Of a stretch of 64,000 nt of DNA, positions 12,009-26,156 are shown piece by piece; the stretch's first letter is position 1, and every line of letters starts with the position of its first letter. A program made the position numbers and the translations under genes. This DNA is from Coniocarpon cinnabarinum (Eukaryota). The notes under the pieces were generated by a model that made no database searches, was not told the origin of the DNA, and was given only the letters and a program-made list of their open reading frames with translations. The DNA lies in NCBI GenBank assembly GCA_051942205.1, contig JAVECO010000036.1, forward strand, positions 62,001 to 126,000, given 5' to 3'.

Positions 12009-14937
12009 TATGGATGTGGAAGCCTGTAAGTTTTGCTAGCGGTTGAGTAGTGATGGTTCTAAAATCAGATGCCTTTGTGCGTTGACTTTGTTTTGAGCGA
12101 GTGGTTAGATTCTGAAGAGAAACACAAAGAGTCACAGTGAATGTAATTGATTTTTAGTATTAGTATATTGAGCAGAACAAAAGAACATCAAGCTCGCTGG
12201 GTGGCGGCACGAAGCTTATGTACCATCACTCCGTAGTACGGCCCCGGCGCTGAGCCTCCAGAGCGTCGCAGCAGTCGCCACAGCAATATCCATTTTCACG
12301 CCAGCGCGACACTCACTACGGCTCTCTAGCCGCAAGAAGACAGCCCTATTGGTGTCGAAGGAGGCGAGGTAGATTGTGATGCAGGCCAGTTGGGGCTGCG
12401 ACCACGGCACAACGACGACTGTTTACCATTTTGGGGATGATGGGCTTCAAGGTCTCTTCAGGCGGGAGACGCGTTCTCCACGTCCACTTTTAGACTCAGG
12501 GCTCATGTCTTCGAGGAAACGTGTTCGATCTGCGATAATGGGAAGGTCCCTTTGAAAATTGGGTTGGCTTAAGTTCTAAGACGCGTGAGACGAAGCACGT
12601 TTGTCCGACCTCAGGCTATTTGAAACTGGTAGCTTTGGCCAAGACCAAGTCACGTGCAGTCTAAATTTAGCAACGGCCTGAACCAATGAGGCTTGGCGGT
12701 GGCTGGGTGCTGGTTGCGTTTCTTAGAGCTGGCAATATCGCATTTTCATGCCAATGAAATGCTGTGTTAGTCCGCTGCACTATAAGAAGGCCTAATAGGG
12801 AGATCTCGACGACTATCGCTACTCCTGAACGCCGGTCGAGTGGACAACATCAGCCGAGACAAGCTTGGTGAGCGACGACTTCCTTGAACAGTCTCTGAGC
12901 CTGTGTGTAGCCATAGCTCCAGCCCTGCCATCTTATCAAGCTCTTGAGTTGGCGTGTGCGTTATATCGTATAAATAGCAAGTTTACTGGCAAAATTTGAA
13001 GCCTTTAGGGACAATGACTGGGCTGTACTGGCACTTAATCGACAGAATGTTCAGCAGGTGCTACGTATACTGTGCCCTTCTTTCTCAAAGAATATAGAGA
13101 ACAATGAAAGATCCTCAGAGTTTTGTTTGTCGAATATACTGTATCGTCACGATGATGACAGCCATCATTGACTGCAAGAAGCATGTCGACCAGGCAGAAG
13201 AGCAATAAAGAGCGGGCAAAGTCCTCGAAAGATTTGTGACCTATGTTTATCCCCTCCACCATTTTCTCTGACCCTTGGAATGAAGTAGGCGTGGACTACA
13301 GAGCCACAAGCTTCAACGTAACTCAATCTAATAGAAAAAGACTCGAGCATCCTCGGATAGCTCTGAGAGGCATCGGCGCCGTCGGTCTCTAAGTATCTTT
13401 GATCAGGTAAGTCAATGCATGCTTTGAACGACATGTATGAGTGCTTCAATAGATACTACGATATGTTTTACACTCAAAGCCAAGTGAATGTCGAACTCAT
13501 GCAGATACACCATCTGAAGGGGCAATATTGAATAGCTTCCTTGTTGTTATTACTGAAGAAAGCGGGGACGAGACGATACGAACGATGATGATCGCGGACA
13601 GCTTGTGACAGGCCCTCACAGAGGGTAAGAGGCAAAATAACACAATCGTTGGCAGCGACTGTGTCTTCAGGTCGCTCCCTAGTAAGTCAAATGTGGTCCT
13701 TAAATGCAATACACATAGGGAAGTTACTGAATCGGTATCATACCCCGCTCGTCCTTTAGCTGCAAAGTTATAGAAATGTTAATTTCTCCTGAAGGAAGTC
13801 CCAACGTTCTGAAGCTCAAAAAAGTCTAACTCAAGACAGAAGAAGCAAAGTGTCTAGATGCATAGGGGCTGTCAGCATAGTAACGGCCTCCAATGCTCTG
13901 TGATGCTATCAAATGCAATGCTTTCGTACGCATGTTAGACATTTGCCCGTGCAGTGCTGATCAATATCTCCAACATCTATGCGACAAAGATCTCGAGAAG
14001 CTCATGTCTACAGGGTCGATGTCTTCGGATAGGCTATTTTTTCCTGTTGGTTCTCATTGTGACACCGCAGATTTGTATGAGAGAGCTCAGACCAGCAACG
14101 CAGAAAAATAGCCTCCCATCGTGCAAAGACACTGTAGAGAGCTTATCTAGTCCTCTTTGCACACAAGCTGCAGTTTGGAAGAAGCCTACCGAGCAAGTGA
14201 TAATATTGATCTGTACGCTGCTCTTTATTGTAGTTGACCATCCCTGTTGCAAAGACCCAGGAGTTCATTCGTATCTGAACGGTGACCTTTGGATGAGTTG
14301 TCTGCGCAGGCAGCGTTCATCAGCGTTTCTAAAGCATTTGCGCTCGCGCATAGGCTTCGGCGAAGACTATGTCAACGCCGAGTGAGTCTACAGAACAGTT
14401 GGAAGCCTACTAGCGATCCATGAAAGCTCAACGTCGTGCACGCTACTTGTTTGTATACGCTCGTGCTTTTTATCTTCTTCTCATGTGAATCAAAGTGCAG
14501 CTTTCCTGACTCACGTAAGATATCTTTTGGGCACTATTCTAGTGGATGCTTTCATTTTCTCTTACATGTCTTGGCCTCACCCACGAGTCACATACTTGAT
14601 GCGATGCTTGTTGATGACTCTCGTGTAATGCTGAAGAGTAACAACGACCTGTCTGACTTTGTAAACAAGAACCGTAGCGAGTACACTGAAATGACTCAGA
14701 CTTGGCCATCAAAACTCCTGTTCCTGATTTCGGCTCCTCCAAGGGCCCCCATGTTGCGCAATGAGACGGTCCTGTACTCAACGATGAGACGTCGTACCAT
14801 ATTCTATGTAGCTGATCTAAGGTGGAGACAAAGCAAGGTCTTTGTTCATAGGATGTTGGAAGCGTGCTCCAGAATGCTTTGTTATAATAACCACGCCGGT
14901 CATTTTGATTCATGCGACTCCACTTGACTTTTAGCTA

Positions 14938-16792
14938 TCACGTCGACTGCTCCTCTTTCGTCAACACTGGCAACTCCACGGCTCGATATAGCAGGATCAA
15001 TGCACTGTGACTCTCACCACCGCCACTCAAGCTCAGTACCTTCTCCGCATCGACCTCGCTCACTTTATCATCATTGAACCACCACCACTTGTTGTCATCC
15101 TCTCTCTTCCCATTCTTCTCGTCAATAACCTTGCCTTCCTTGCGGACATACGCGGTATAATGTCCACTGTCCGCGCTCGCGCCTTGATGCGTAACGACAC
15201 CGTGCAGCTCGTACAAGCCTGTTTGATTGGCGCCGGCGTCGGCATGAAGCTCTGGATTGACAGCTGCCAGCAGAGCCTTTTTTGATGCGAGTATGGACGC
15301 CGCGCGCTCCGCTTCAATCTCAGCGTCGGTCTTGAATGTCTCGCCGTCTGCCATTGGAACGTCTGCAGACCCGTTGACCTTGCCTTCCACCGTCTTCTTG
15401 GAGGAAGACGACGCAGGCTCAGGGGCTGCACTGTTCTTTTTGTCCTTTGCCAGGTCTCTTTCGCTCGACGGTCCGTCTGCCTTTAACTCTCGGGCCCTGT
15501 CTGCTTCTTCGCCCGCTTGCATTCGCTTTTGGCGCTTCCGCGCCCGGTCCACGTCTAGCTCTTCCTTCCGTAGATCACGGACCTTATCTCGGACAGGTAT
15601 CAGCTTCTTTTGAAGGTCGTCGGTGCAATATTCCACGCAGTCGAGTTCCTGGGGAAATGTGACCTTCCGGAGGATCTTAGCTTTCTTGTTGACGCCGGTC
15701 TTCCAAAAGAAGCGCACGAAGTGGACTGGAAGATACTTTGGAAGGCGTGCGATCTGTGAGATTTGTTTGTACTCAGCATCGCGACTGAGCGTGGGTGAGT
15801 TCTTTGTATAGGTTTCGGTCAGCGCGGCTTGGACGCCTTCTCGCAAATGGTTGATTTCTTTCGAGGCGACATAGCAATTGAGCTTCAGAAATTGCTCGTC
15901 AGGCTTTTCCTGAGGTTCTTCGCCGGCCTCTTTTGCGGCCGGATCGGTGCATTCCTCAGAGCGGGTGAATGTGCCTGCCATATACTGGTCAATGAAGTTC
16001 CTTGCAGCCTCCGAGGACTGACTCGATCCCTCTCCTGGCTTCAGCTTGGTTCGCAGCGTAGTGATGATCTGTGACCAGGCTTCTTCGGCGTCTTGCTGGG
16101 CAAAGCCGCGCCCATCCCGCGACCGCTCTGCGAATTGAGGATACGTCTGCCGAAAGGCATTGAGGAACATGAGCGGGGGAAATCCTTCCTGAGTCTCGGA
16201 CATTTGTTTGTACAGGTCTCTTAACGATGTCGTCAAGTCTGTTGCCGATCCTAGTCCTCCCAAACCGAATTGGCTGAGATCAGCAAGATTGCCTGCAGGA
16301 CCCCCACTCCCAGACGGCTTGTATTGCAGCAGCTCGTTCTGTAGCTCAGGAACAGCCCTCAACGTCTGCAGTGTCGAGTTCAAATAGCATGTGTTTCCCA
16401 AGTTTTGCAGACCGGCAGGTGTGGCACCTTCTGACCGTGCCGCCTCAGCCTCGCTCATATCTTCAAGGAACTTCATCTCCTCCTTCGGCTTTTGGATAGC
16501 TTGAGCGCCTGCCGCTGGCGTCCCCATCATTCGAATGACTTGGTTCGCCTTGATACCAAGCTTGCTCAGGTCCGCATCGTCTTTCAACTGGCCACCTTTG
16601 ACGAGGATCTTCTGGCGATCTGGCTCCACCCCGGTGACGGAATACACCTGATATTTGAACGTCTCACCGTTCGCACTTGGGTCAAGGTCCAATTTGTGCT
16701 TTTGTGCGCCATGTTGCACCGTGACTGTGCAACCCTTCTCAGCTTCGGACGTGAATGGATAGGCAGAGTGTCTTACCTGGTATAGATGACAT
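14938..16792 (-). CDS. UBP6: Proteasome-associated ubiquitin C-terminal hydrolase Ubp6/USP14; 2 exons
   Basis: N-terminal UBL domain (TGVEPDRQKILVKGG), Cys box GLQNLGNTCYLNS, QQDAEE, His box HQGASADSGHY, WFNDDKV. Likely true ATG at 16792 with a 16-nt exon 1 and intron 16776-16725 (MSSIP|VTVQHG). Confidence 0.95.
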
Positions 16793-17064
16793 TCTGCCAA
16801 TATGCCGGGGAGCTGGGGCGCTGAAGTCTGCTCGGTGAGAAGCTGAGACAAAACGCTACCGCGCTGCAAATCTCACGCTTTGAGATGCAGGAGCGATCGG
16901 CAGCAATCCGCGATTCACTGAAGCGTGGCGCTAGAACGACATCCAACTGCATCTGCTTTCTGAGAAGATTGATGTCATTTCGCTAAAGCCGTTAAGTCCG
17001 TGACGAGCTACATCTGAGAGCACGATGAACGACGAGGTCGCAGAGGTTGTACATCCACCCTATC

Positions 17065-17797
17065 ATGGTATGTTTCATTGCACCTGTACTGTAATGTATC
17101 AACGGGAATTGATTCCAGACCTCAGTCACAGTCATTGCGGCCGTATCTACAGTGTGTGCGATCGTCTCTCACAGCTGCGCTGTCTCTGGCCGACTTCGCG
17201 TCGCAAACCTCTGAGCGACATAATGTTCCGGAGATCGAGGCCGCGTCCTCGCCTGAACTGCTCCTGAATCCTCTGACAATTGCGCGAAATGAGTCCGAGA
17301 GAGTATTGATCGAGCCGAGCGTGAATAGTGCGCGCATCAGCATCAAGATAAAGCAGGCAGACGAAATTGAAAACATCTTGGTACATAAGTTCACGCGCTT
17401 CTTGACTCAACGAGCCGAACAATTTTTTATCTTGCGGAGAAAGCCGATCAAAGTCTGAGTGATTGGGCATGGATTCCTGGGTTAAGGTACTGACAGCTGC
17501 CAGGGCTACGATATTTCTTTCTTGGTGACAAACTTTCACACCGAGGAGATGTTGAAGCACAAGCTGGTGGACTTTATCATCCAGTTCATGGAGGAGGTAG
17601 ACAAGGAGATATCAGAGATGAAGCTTTTCGTACGTGGCAGGCTTTTCAAATTGAGGTGAAGCCAAGTACCTTATGTTGCTGACGATACTTAGCTAAACGC
17701 TAGAGCAAGATTTGTGGCCGAGTCTTTCTTGACACCAGTTCGCACAGTTCCTCTTGTCAAATTTTGGCCTCTACTAATTACAAAACAGTTTGATTGA
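17065..17797 (+). CDS. ARC19: Arp2/3 complex 20-kDa subunit (ARPC4); 5 exons
   Basis: ATG-only exon 17065-17067, intron to 17125, then [12 protein letters not shown]...ERHNVPEIE...[68 protein letters not shown]. Confidence 0.95.
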
Positions 17798-18586
17798 ACG
17801 TCTGCCTGATGACAGTCCTCAAACAGACTCAGCAGGTGATCATGGATCCACAGGGCGCTTGGTGGGACGAAGGCGTCTTGCGTGCGAATCTACGTTGTGT
17901 GAGATTGGAGGCGGCAAGGTAGGAATTAAACGTGGTAAATTTCAATCCCCGCCCGGCCGAATCAATTTCATGGTAAAAAGTGCAGCATGTGATAGTTTGC
18001 AAGGCGTAGAGTGGAAGAGCGAAAAGCACCGGACTTATTGCTTGTAGAGGGTCCACTAAATCGCCAGATTAAGGCCCGTTTAATCTTTCACCTGTGTCAT
18101 TGACTTTCACTTCCTCGTCTCTAAGGCACCCAATCACTTCCGCCTTGAAGCGAGTCGCGACCCACTTCTGTTCTGGTGACCGTCTGATAAACAAAACAGG
18201 TGACTGGTGATACAAAATACGCGTCCCCTCTTCCACCTCTCATTCCCACCTCGCTTCATCACCGACTCCTCTTTTTCCTGACTCCACTGGTCTCCAAAGA
18301 ACAGGCAGGAGACGCCCCGTAGTTCGTGCGGGCTTCTGTCTGTGTGAGTCAGGATTGCTGTGTGTTGTTGTCTGCTCCCGCAAACTTGGTCAATCACGCG
18401 TGAGCACACACCTGATTTTGAACTTTTTGCAACAACTACGCCTGCCACCCTCCCTGATCGCGTTTCAACTCCAGCTGCGAATCAATCGGTAAATGGAATG
18501 CTCACAGGTGCGCAGAACAGAAAGCTAACGGATGACAAGTTTTTCTGGATGACACACTCAAACATATCGATCACTACTCTGTGAAA

Positions 18587-21500
18587 ATGTCTTCTGGACG
18601 ACCGCCTCCTTCGGGTCCGCCAGCTCCTCCTGGTTTCCCAGGCTCAGCAGGACGTACAAACGTCACATCGCAACACTTTGGACTACCTAGGACCCGTCCG
18701 GACTCTAATGGCAGTCGAGCGTTTGATCAATTTACGCCCAACGCAAATTCTTCTGGGCAATTTGCTCGAGCTGATAGCCAAGGCAATGTGAATACAGCAT
18801 CAATTAACCGTTCTGGCTTCGGTGTTCCCACCATCCTTGGCAGCAATCCAACGACTCCCAAGAATCCTCCAAGTTTCGATGACTCTTCCCCATCTGACCA
18901 AGCATCTCCGGGGGAGATCTCGCCATTCTCACTGCGTCCAGCACTGATACCGTCTTCGGTTCTTAACCAGCCGGGCAGACACTCAAGCTTCGCTGGCATT
19001 CAAAGTGCACCCTTGGAAGACCCTTTTGTAACAAGTCCCGAAGAGAACCGCCGGGTTCTGTCTGTGCAGCAACCCATGCATAAGGGTGCTTCAGCATATC
19101 GCTCGAGTTGGAATCCTGAGAGCTCAGACAATCAGTCGGAGCAGGGCGGCGTCCGTCTCAACAACATAGTCCCTCGGCAAACCAGCATGCCCAGCATGCC
19201 ATCTGTGTCTTTGGGTGAGAAAACGAGCAATTCCCAAGCTCACCGCGACTACACGCACTTCCAGACATCCCACTTGCCTGGGGCGACACCCTCATCAGTG
19301 CATAGTCTGCCCTCTGCACGAGTCTCGCAGTTCAAATTTCCAAGCCCTGCCTTTCAACAACAGGCTACTCCACGTGCCCGGATTCAATCGACATCAAATG
19401 ATCGTACGCCATCTGCACAGGGCTCTAGAGCCAATTCTGCACAATCTGCTCCTCAGACGCAAGCGACTCCGCGTTCTTTTGCGGAGTTTGACCCCAGCTA
19501 CAACACGCCATCCGCGCGTAGTTCCCAATCGAATTTTACAAACCCGGTCTACCAGCATCAAGCAACCCCTCGTCCCCGAGCCGTGTCGCACGCTGTACAC
19601 GGCATGCAATCTGCACCAGATAGCCAGGGAAACAATGCCAGGCCGCCCATCGAGCAACAAATGACCCCTCGGGCCAGCGCCTCACGCCTTCGTCCGCAGA
19701 CTGAACAGCACAAGGCCAAGGCAGTATACTGTGCAGAACTTATCAAATCTGGCAGATATGTCGAGCCACATGATCAAGCTCAAAATTCAATGGTCGCACG
19801 GGCTGGTTCTACGATGAACCCAGCTGCTCAGCCTTGGCCGCATGCCGTCCCTGCCTATGCTCTCGATCATGAGTATGTGAACTCCATCAATCAAGATGAC
19901 AGGAGGAAGATGATTATCCCCTCGGGAACTACTAATGGCATGCCCTATCAACCCCATGTTGTTCCTGCGCATCCGCCATTTAACATGCCAGGCCAGTCTG
20001 ATCCTATTGCCCATCGATTCAAGATCGAGGACACCCCAGCCCTTCAGACCGTCTTAAACTGGTCACCTTTCGCGAATCTGCCAGGACGTGAAAGTGCATC
20101 AAAGGCCGGAGTCGTCAAGATCACAGAGATTCCGTATTCAGCCACACGAAGCCAGATACTGCTGTTGTTTGCCGGCAGCCGTATTAAAGCAATGCCGCTT
20201 AAGACTCCATTCTACGCCATTCACATCACCATGGAACGCTCCACGGCAAAGAGCTTGGATGCTTATGTTGAATTTGAAACACCCCGGGATGCGGTTAGTT
20301 ACACTTTAAGGTCTCTCGACTCGAAGCTGACTTCTTTCTAGGCGTTGGCCATAAGCCGCTATGCAAAGCCTCCCTACCCCCCGATTGGCTCAGTCTGGGC
20401 TAACGGCTCAGCACTCAAGAGACCACGAGTTGGTAATCGGGATGTTTTCCTATTTCTTTCTTCCCAAGGCGAACTCATGGCCAACCTCTTCCCACGCGCC
20501 AAATGTGTTACATGGGAGGGCCAAGAGCCTAAGATTCGCAGCGCACCTACGGACTGGGAGTCCGACTTTAAGGAATTCATCACGGGCGAGGAGCTGACTA
20601 TGATACTCAAACATGCCACAAATCCAAAACGCTCTCATTTTGCGGTCGAACACCCGCAGCGCACGTACGAGAGTATGATCAGCATCATCAACAAATTCCC
20701 GTGGTGGCGAACAGATCTCTATACTGTCCAAGAGCGTAACAATATCTACGACAGCGCGGTGAACATGATTGAGACCCTTGCCAATCTCATTCATGCCCAC
20801 AAGGTTACGAAGCCGGCATTGCTCAGTCTGGAACTCTTGGAAGAACTACTTACGGTAGCGCTTTGCTGTCCAGGATTCTCGGAAAACCAGCGCAATGCAA
20901 TACAAGTCGCCTCTAGGGAGATGGTGGGTCAGCCGCGCTGGGTTTCCGATCTTGCGTCCCATTGGCCCTTCGAGACTCTGCGCCGTCTCGATAACCGCTC
21001 GGAGGAGCTTGTAAAGTGGTATGCTGCCAAGCTCAAGTGGTATACCATGAAGATCCTGGGGGACGATGCCATGTCGGCAAGTGCAACACCTGAAGAAGCT
21101 GAAAAAGCTCGGGAGATCATGATCTCCAGTGAGTCCAACCACTTCGGTGGAATGCACGAATTTCGGTCTACATTGCCCAGCGAAACCACTTTTCAGCAGG
21201 CTTTCCAGCACGAGAATTCAATCCTGACCCATCTTCTGACGAAGATTTGTGAAGATGCCTTCATGAAAAAGCAAAATTTCAAGGATCAGGCGCCGAAACC
21301 CCCGACGCTCATGATTGAGCCGCCAGAGACTAAGTCGCCTGAGGTCTCGAACCGTTCTGAAGTTGGTTCTGCGGGCGTAGCTGGACAAGGTAGTTCTTTC
21401 TTGAAGGTCCCTTCCGAAGCGGCTGGTGCAGTCCGTCGTAACAGTAGCAGATCCGCCAGTCCGTTGCCTGTGCAGGCGGTGCGCGGGCACCCATACCGTG

Positions 21501-22399
21501 AAACGGACTCCCCCCCACTTCACTCTCTGCTCACGTACAACTATCAAGAACAGCCTCAGGCTATACCTCCGCACCTTGCGGGGCAAATTGGTGGCGGTTA
21601 CACGATCGTGCCCAGCCCAGTGGCTAGTCCAGTACCGATGGCGATGGCAACCATGCAGCCCTACGAATATCAACGCATGCAGAATATCTTGACGCATCCT
21701 CTCTTGAATTGGGGACCGGTCATGGGCTCCCCTGCTGCTAATGCATTTACACCGGCGCCAATCACTCAATCTGATCATCAAGCTCACGGCCAAGTTGCAA
21801 TGAGCCACACTCCAAATCAGCCCTCGATCACGGGGCGATTTGTCCAGCAGGATCAGCGTCAGGTTGTTAAGAGTCAGAGTCAAGCGCAGGTTGACACGAG
21901 TCAGAATCAAACAGAACTCTCAAATACACAGCCCTCACATGGCACACGAGCCGGACAGCAAGCTCAGGCTGATTCTTCCACTGAGCAGGCCGGGACGCAG
22001 CGGACCAATGCTCGGCATCACAGACATAATGCTATCGATCTCGGCCACACCCAGCCTCCCGCGCCTCAAGTTCAGGCCACAACACGTCCAATCGTGCGTC
22101 AGCCGATGTCGGCTGTCAATCAAGCTCGATTCCCACTGGGCCGACCTCAGAGCGTGATGACTCAATCCCGCTATCAGTCCCAGTCGCAGGGTGTCACTGC
22201 CAGAAACAACGCAGGTTTCGGTGGCCTTGGTCAAGGCCTTGCCAACGCCGCTCAGACCACAAATACCTGGAATCCTAGGCAGTCGAACCCGCAGCCAATG
22301 GGAGGACGTGGCAGCAACTTCGCAGCTCGTGGGCGTTACAGCAGTGTTGGTGGACGTGGTGCTGGTTCCGGTGGTCGTTCTACGCCTGGTCCGCAGTAA
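18587..22399 (+). CDS. Large protein with a central RRM-like domain, long disordered arms and an RGG-like C-terminus; putative RNA-binding protein; 2 exons
   Basis: ORFs 18581-20341 and 20345-22399 join in frame across intron 20294-20341 (GTTAGT...CTGAC...TAG). RRM-like GVVKITEIPYSATRSQI...MERSTAKSLDAYVEF; tail GGRGSNFAARGRYSSVGGRG. Confidence 0.8.
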
Positions 22400-25300
22400 T
22401 ACGTAACGTTCAGTCACCCGGTAGTACGGCGCTACATCGCATCGTATTGGTGAGTCATGACAAGCACCTTTTAGCTATTGGTATAGCGGCTTTACTGACT
22501 TGGCTTGCTAGGGACCGTGACACCAGTGCACATCGCACTTCACTCGACTTTCTTTTGTTCAACATCAAACGGCATTGGCTCCACTTGGACCCTTGCTCGG
22601 GGAGAATCGCGCTTTCTACGATACGGCGACGGCAGTGATTGTCAGCATCACTGATCATTCCACTCTTTTACTTCATTCAGACAGCCACGTGTCTTCAAGA
22701 CAGCCGCAGTCCTTCATGCATACGTTGGCATCAGCTTGCGCTTGGATAAGACATGGTTGCTTGGAACACGTGGCCCTTTACATTCTCTTCTACGTAGTGT
22801 TTTAATAGATTCATTTCGCGCGAACCTCTCTTTGTTGCGTGCCTTCACCAATGCTTTTACGTGACAACGTTGATGTTGCTTGCGCGTAAACCAGCTTGGT
22901 CTCACTTTGCCTGCTCGGTTGTATAATTTTCCACCAAGGACCAATGGCGAATCGAGCAGCTGCAACGACACGTAAAGCAAAAGACTCATACGAGCCGTTG
23001 TGCAAAACAGCTCCCTCTTGCAGCTGCCACCGACAAAGCGCACAGTTTGTGACCAGCACGTCCCAGGTAGAGATTTTCGTTCATGTCAACACTGTGAAGC
23101 AATGTACAAGAACAATCGCAAAGCAGAGGAGGAGGCTGATCGACGTACACACCCTATGATAGCTCTTTCGCATAAAAAGACAGCCTTGGAAGAGATGATA
23201 AACGAGCAGACAAGGAAGAGGGCGCGTGCGTTGGATGCTTAAACGTCCTTCGTTGTCTTGCAAGACTACATTGCAAGCACAACTCCCAGTAGGAGCCGTC
23301 TTCATAGACAAAAGTAGGGGCGTGATCAAGGAAGCGATAAAGTTCGAGCATCGCATAGAAAGCCATGAACACGACCCCAGTATATGGGACTAGCTCTTAA
23401 AAAGTGGAAACTGCTGGTGTGCAGCTCTGTTACTGTCATTATCCTTGCTCTTCTCAAGCCGGGAATGTGGAGTCGATTGTCGACTGCTCGCTCAAAGCCC
23501 CTCAGATTCTTTATCATCCTTGACCACTAACCCTCAATGTATGAAATCTTGTGCAGAGAGGGTCTTGGAAGCGCTTTTCGACCCAGAAATATACTCAGCT
23601 GTACATGGCATGCCTTTCCTGCTCTCAGCGTGTCATCAACCATCGCGGCCGCATAAATGTAGTCCAATGACCAAGAGAAATCTCCAACACAGCCCGACAC
23701 AACCAATAGCATTGTTGTCGCTCTTGCGTCATTGTAATTAAGGTTGGGGGAGGGGGACGCATGAACTTCGCTCAGATTTCTCAGCTTTGTGGCGGTAATG
23801 TTCTGCATCGTCTTCTGAACATCAGCGAGCAGTATGCGACGAAATTTTGATCGAGGACACCGAGACAATGAAGCTCAGAAAGTGAATAAAGGTAATCAAG
23901 AGATTCGCGTCGCTCTGATCCCCTTATCTTTTGCGATCGTTCAATTTCACCAGCTCTTGCTCTTGACCTCTTGGAGTGCGCTGTCGTGGTCAACATGGGA
24001 TTTAAATGGAGCAGGGAGCGTGATCTGATTTCAGGCGTCGTCTGGAGGAAGAGGATGCTGCGCCATATTGGATGCCAGAAATAGGGTCCAGGAAATTCCA
24101 CAGGAAATATAAAGCTTTTGTGTGACTCCCCATCTTAGTTGCACAGCACAAAGAATAATCACATATCATTGGGAAAGTCAAATGGGAGGGGCGAGCGTTT
24201 GTTGTCATGCTTCGTGATGTTTGACTTTGTAAATTTCTGGACAGCAGGTGGCACATGATGATGCCTAGCGTCAACCTTTGCAGGACGTACGTGCAGCAAA
24301 GCCTTGGCCGAGATTTTGAACAATGAATGTCTGCGTTCGCCTCCCTCCGTTCGAGCCAACTTAATGCATGTTTCCCCTTCATGAGACCTCGCTGACACGC
24401 CATTTGCCCCAGAAGCTTGGCTTTCATTATACGAGCAGCTCCAGGTCCTTGTGTGATACCGTTACCGTGGACCATTACGCGAGTTGGCCGCGGGATTGAC
24501 GAATCTACAAGCACTCAAAGAATACACTGTAACGGACGCTATGTCAGCAGGTAGGGGACACACTCAGACACACCAGTGACTTTGAAGGCTGTTGAATTTG
24601 ATTGAAGACACGTAGCCAGAACGCATATTCAAAAGCAGCAGCTTGGATTGATGATGATTCAAATCACCACAGGCGCCGAGCCGCCAGCTATGAGAAATGA
24701 GAAGACCGGGACAATAGCGATCAGTGAAGGACAAGTTTCAGCGTTTGCGCAATTGATTCACGCCCCTCACGAGCCTTGACCACTGTTCCCTGGGATCGAT
24801 GGCAAGACGGCATGCTTCGTTGGATTTTAAAGATCAAATTGGACGCCTGTGCGCAATCAAATATCCGAACGAGATCGAAGATTGAGAAACATTCACATGC
24901 ATCCAGACAAGGTGCTAAATGGTCAAGCAAGCCTCGGATACCTTGAAGGGGAGAAAGCTCAGTGTGATGCGGATTGTTTTCGAGCTATCTTGCGAACGTC
25001 TCTCAAACACGAATGTAAGCTTGGTCGTCATGATCTACTCGCGGTGATGCTGATGATCACAGCGATTGTCACGAACGTTCATCACATGCGACAGATATTG
25101 AAAAAAGGGAGTCTTTGAGGTTACAGCGAGCTTTTGTCGCGCAATGCTCTCTGACCCCTACACTGAGTATGGCCAAAATGTTTTCCTGCCTGCCATTTGA
25201 ACAAACCATATGTACAGCAGTCATCCAAAGATCATTTAGCAATGGATTTGTCCAGTCGTTGCATCGGTTCTCACAGCCCCGACGTTGCCCAAGCGGTACA

Positions 25301-26156
25301 ATGACATCTTCAGCTTCTGTTAGAAGAGCTTTTAAAGAGACTGCTCTGCTCACACGACAGACGTCATTGCCGGAAGAATATGTTCGGTGCAAAGACCAAG
25401 GTGGCCCTAGGGGCTATATACTGTGTTAGACTCAACGGATTATTGTACAACTTAATCTCGTCTGGGTGGCCATGTTCGGGACACAATGGATCACCGACAA
25501 AGCATGATGCTGACAGGCATCGGCAACAGCTTTGCGTCGATGATCAACGCATTGACAACTCTGGAAGAATGCAAGGACGCTACTTGCATCTCGAAGCCCC
25601 CTGTCAAAAGCGTAGGCAATCGCCACACACTCTGAGGTGCAGAGTTGAAAAGCAGGACAAGCACGAGGAACTCTTCTCAAATAGTAGTTGAGCACAAACA
25701 CGTGTCGACCGAATCTACGTTATGCTTCAAGAGACCTTTCAGCTGTGTTTCTAAGCACACATGCGCGCCCTCGAGCAGCAACTTGTACTCCCACAGACCA
25801 CAGGGGATATTCGATTGTGCAGTTTTACACTGGAAAAGGGGCAATCATTCATTGTTCTCAACGTGCTTTTGTTTAAGCAAGCTCGAGGGCACTAACTCGT
25901 TGATGAAGATCGGCTTCGCGGGCACTCGTCAGCATCGCAGCGGTGGACCTCTTTTCGCGTAAGGTGTGTGAAGCTACACGCGCTGTTGCAAATCCTGTTA
26001 GATAAGCCCCTCAGCAGAGGGCTGGTCAGCTCGACACATACGCAAGAGCAATGAAGATGTGACTTCCAAACTCCAGAAAGGAATGCTGCATTTACGGTAG
26101 TCTTGACTGTCGCGAACTCTATACAAACGTGAATCCTACAATTTTTGGTGTAGACA

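Noticed and set aside
12200..14930. ORFs of 143 and 163 aa and a possible multi-exon gene
   Set aside because: No recognisable motifs, many stops in all frames and no convincing splice path.
22800..26100. Short ORFs including a CxxC segment and a kinase-like LCAIKY
   Set aside because: Isolated motifs without supporting domain context; could be a decayed gene but cannot be supported.
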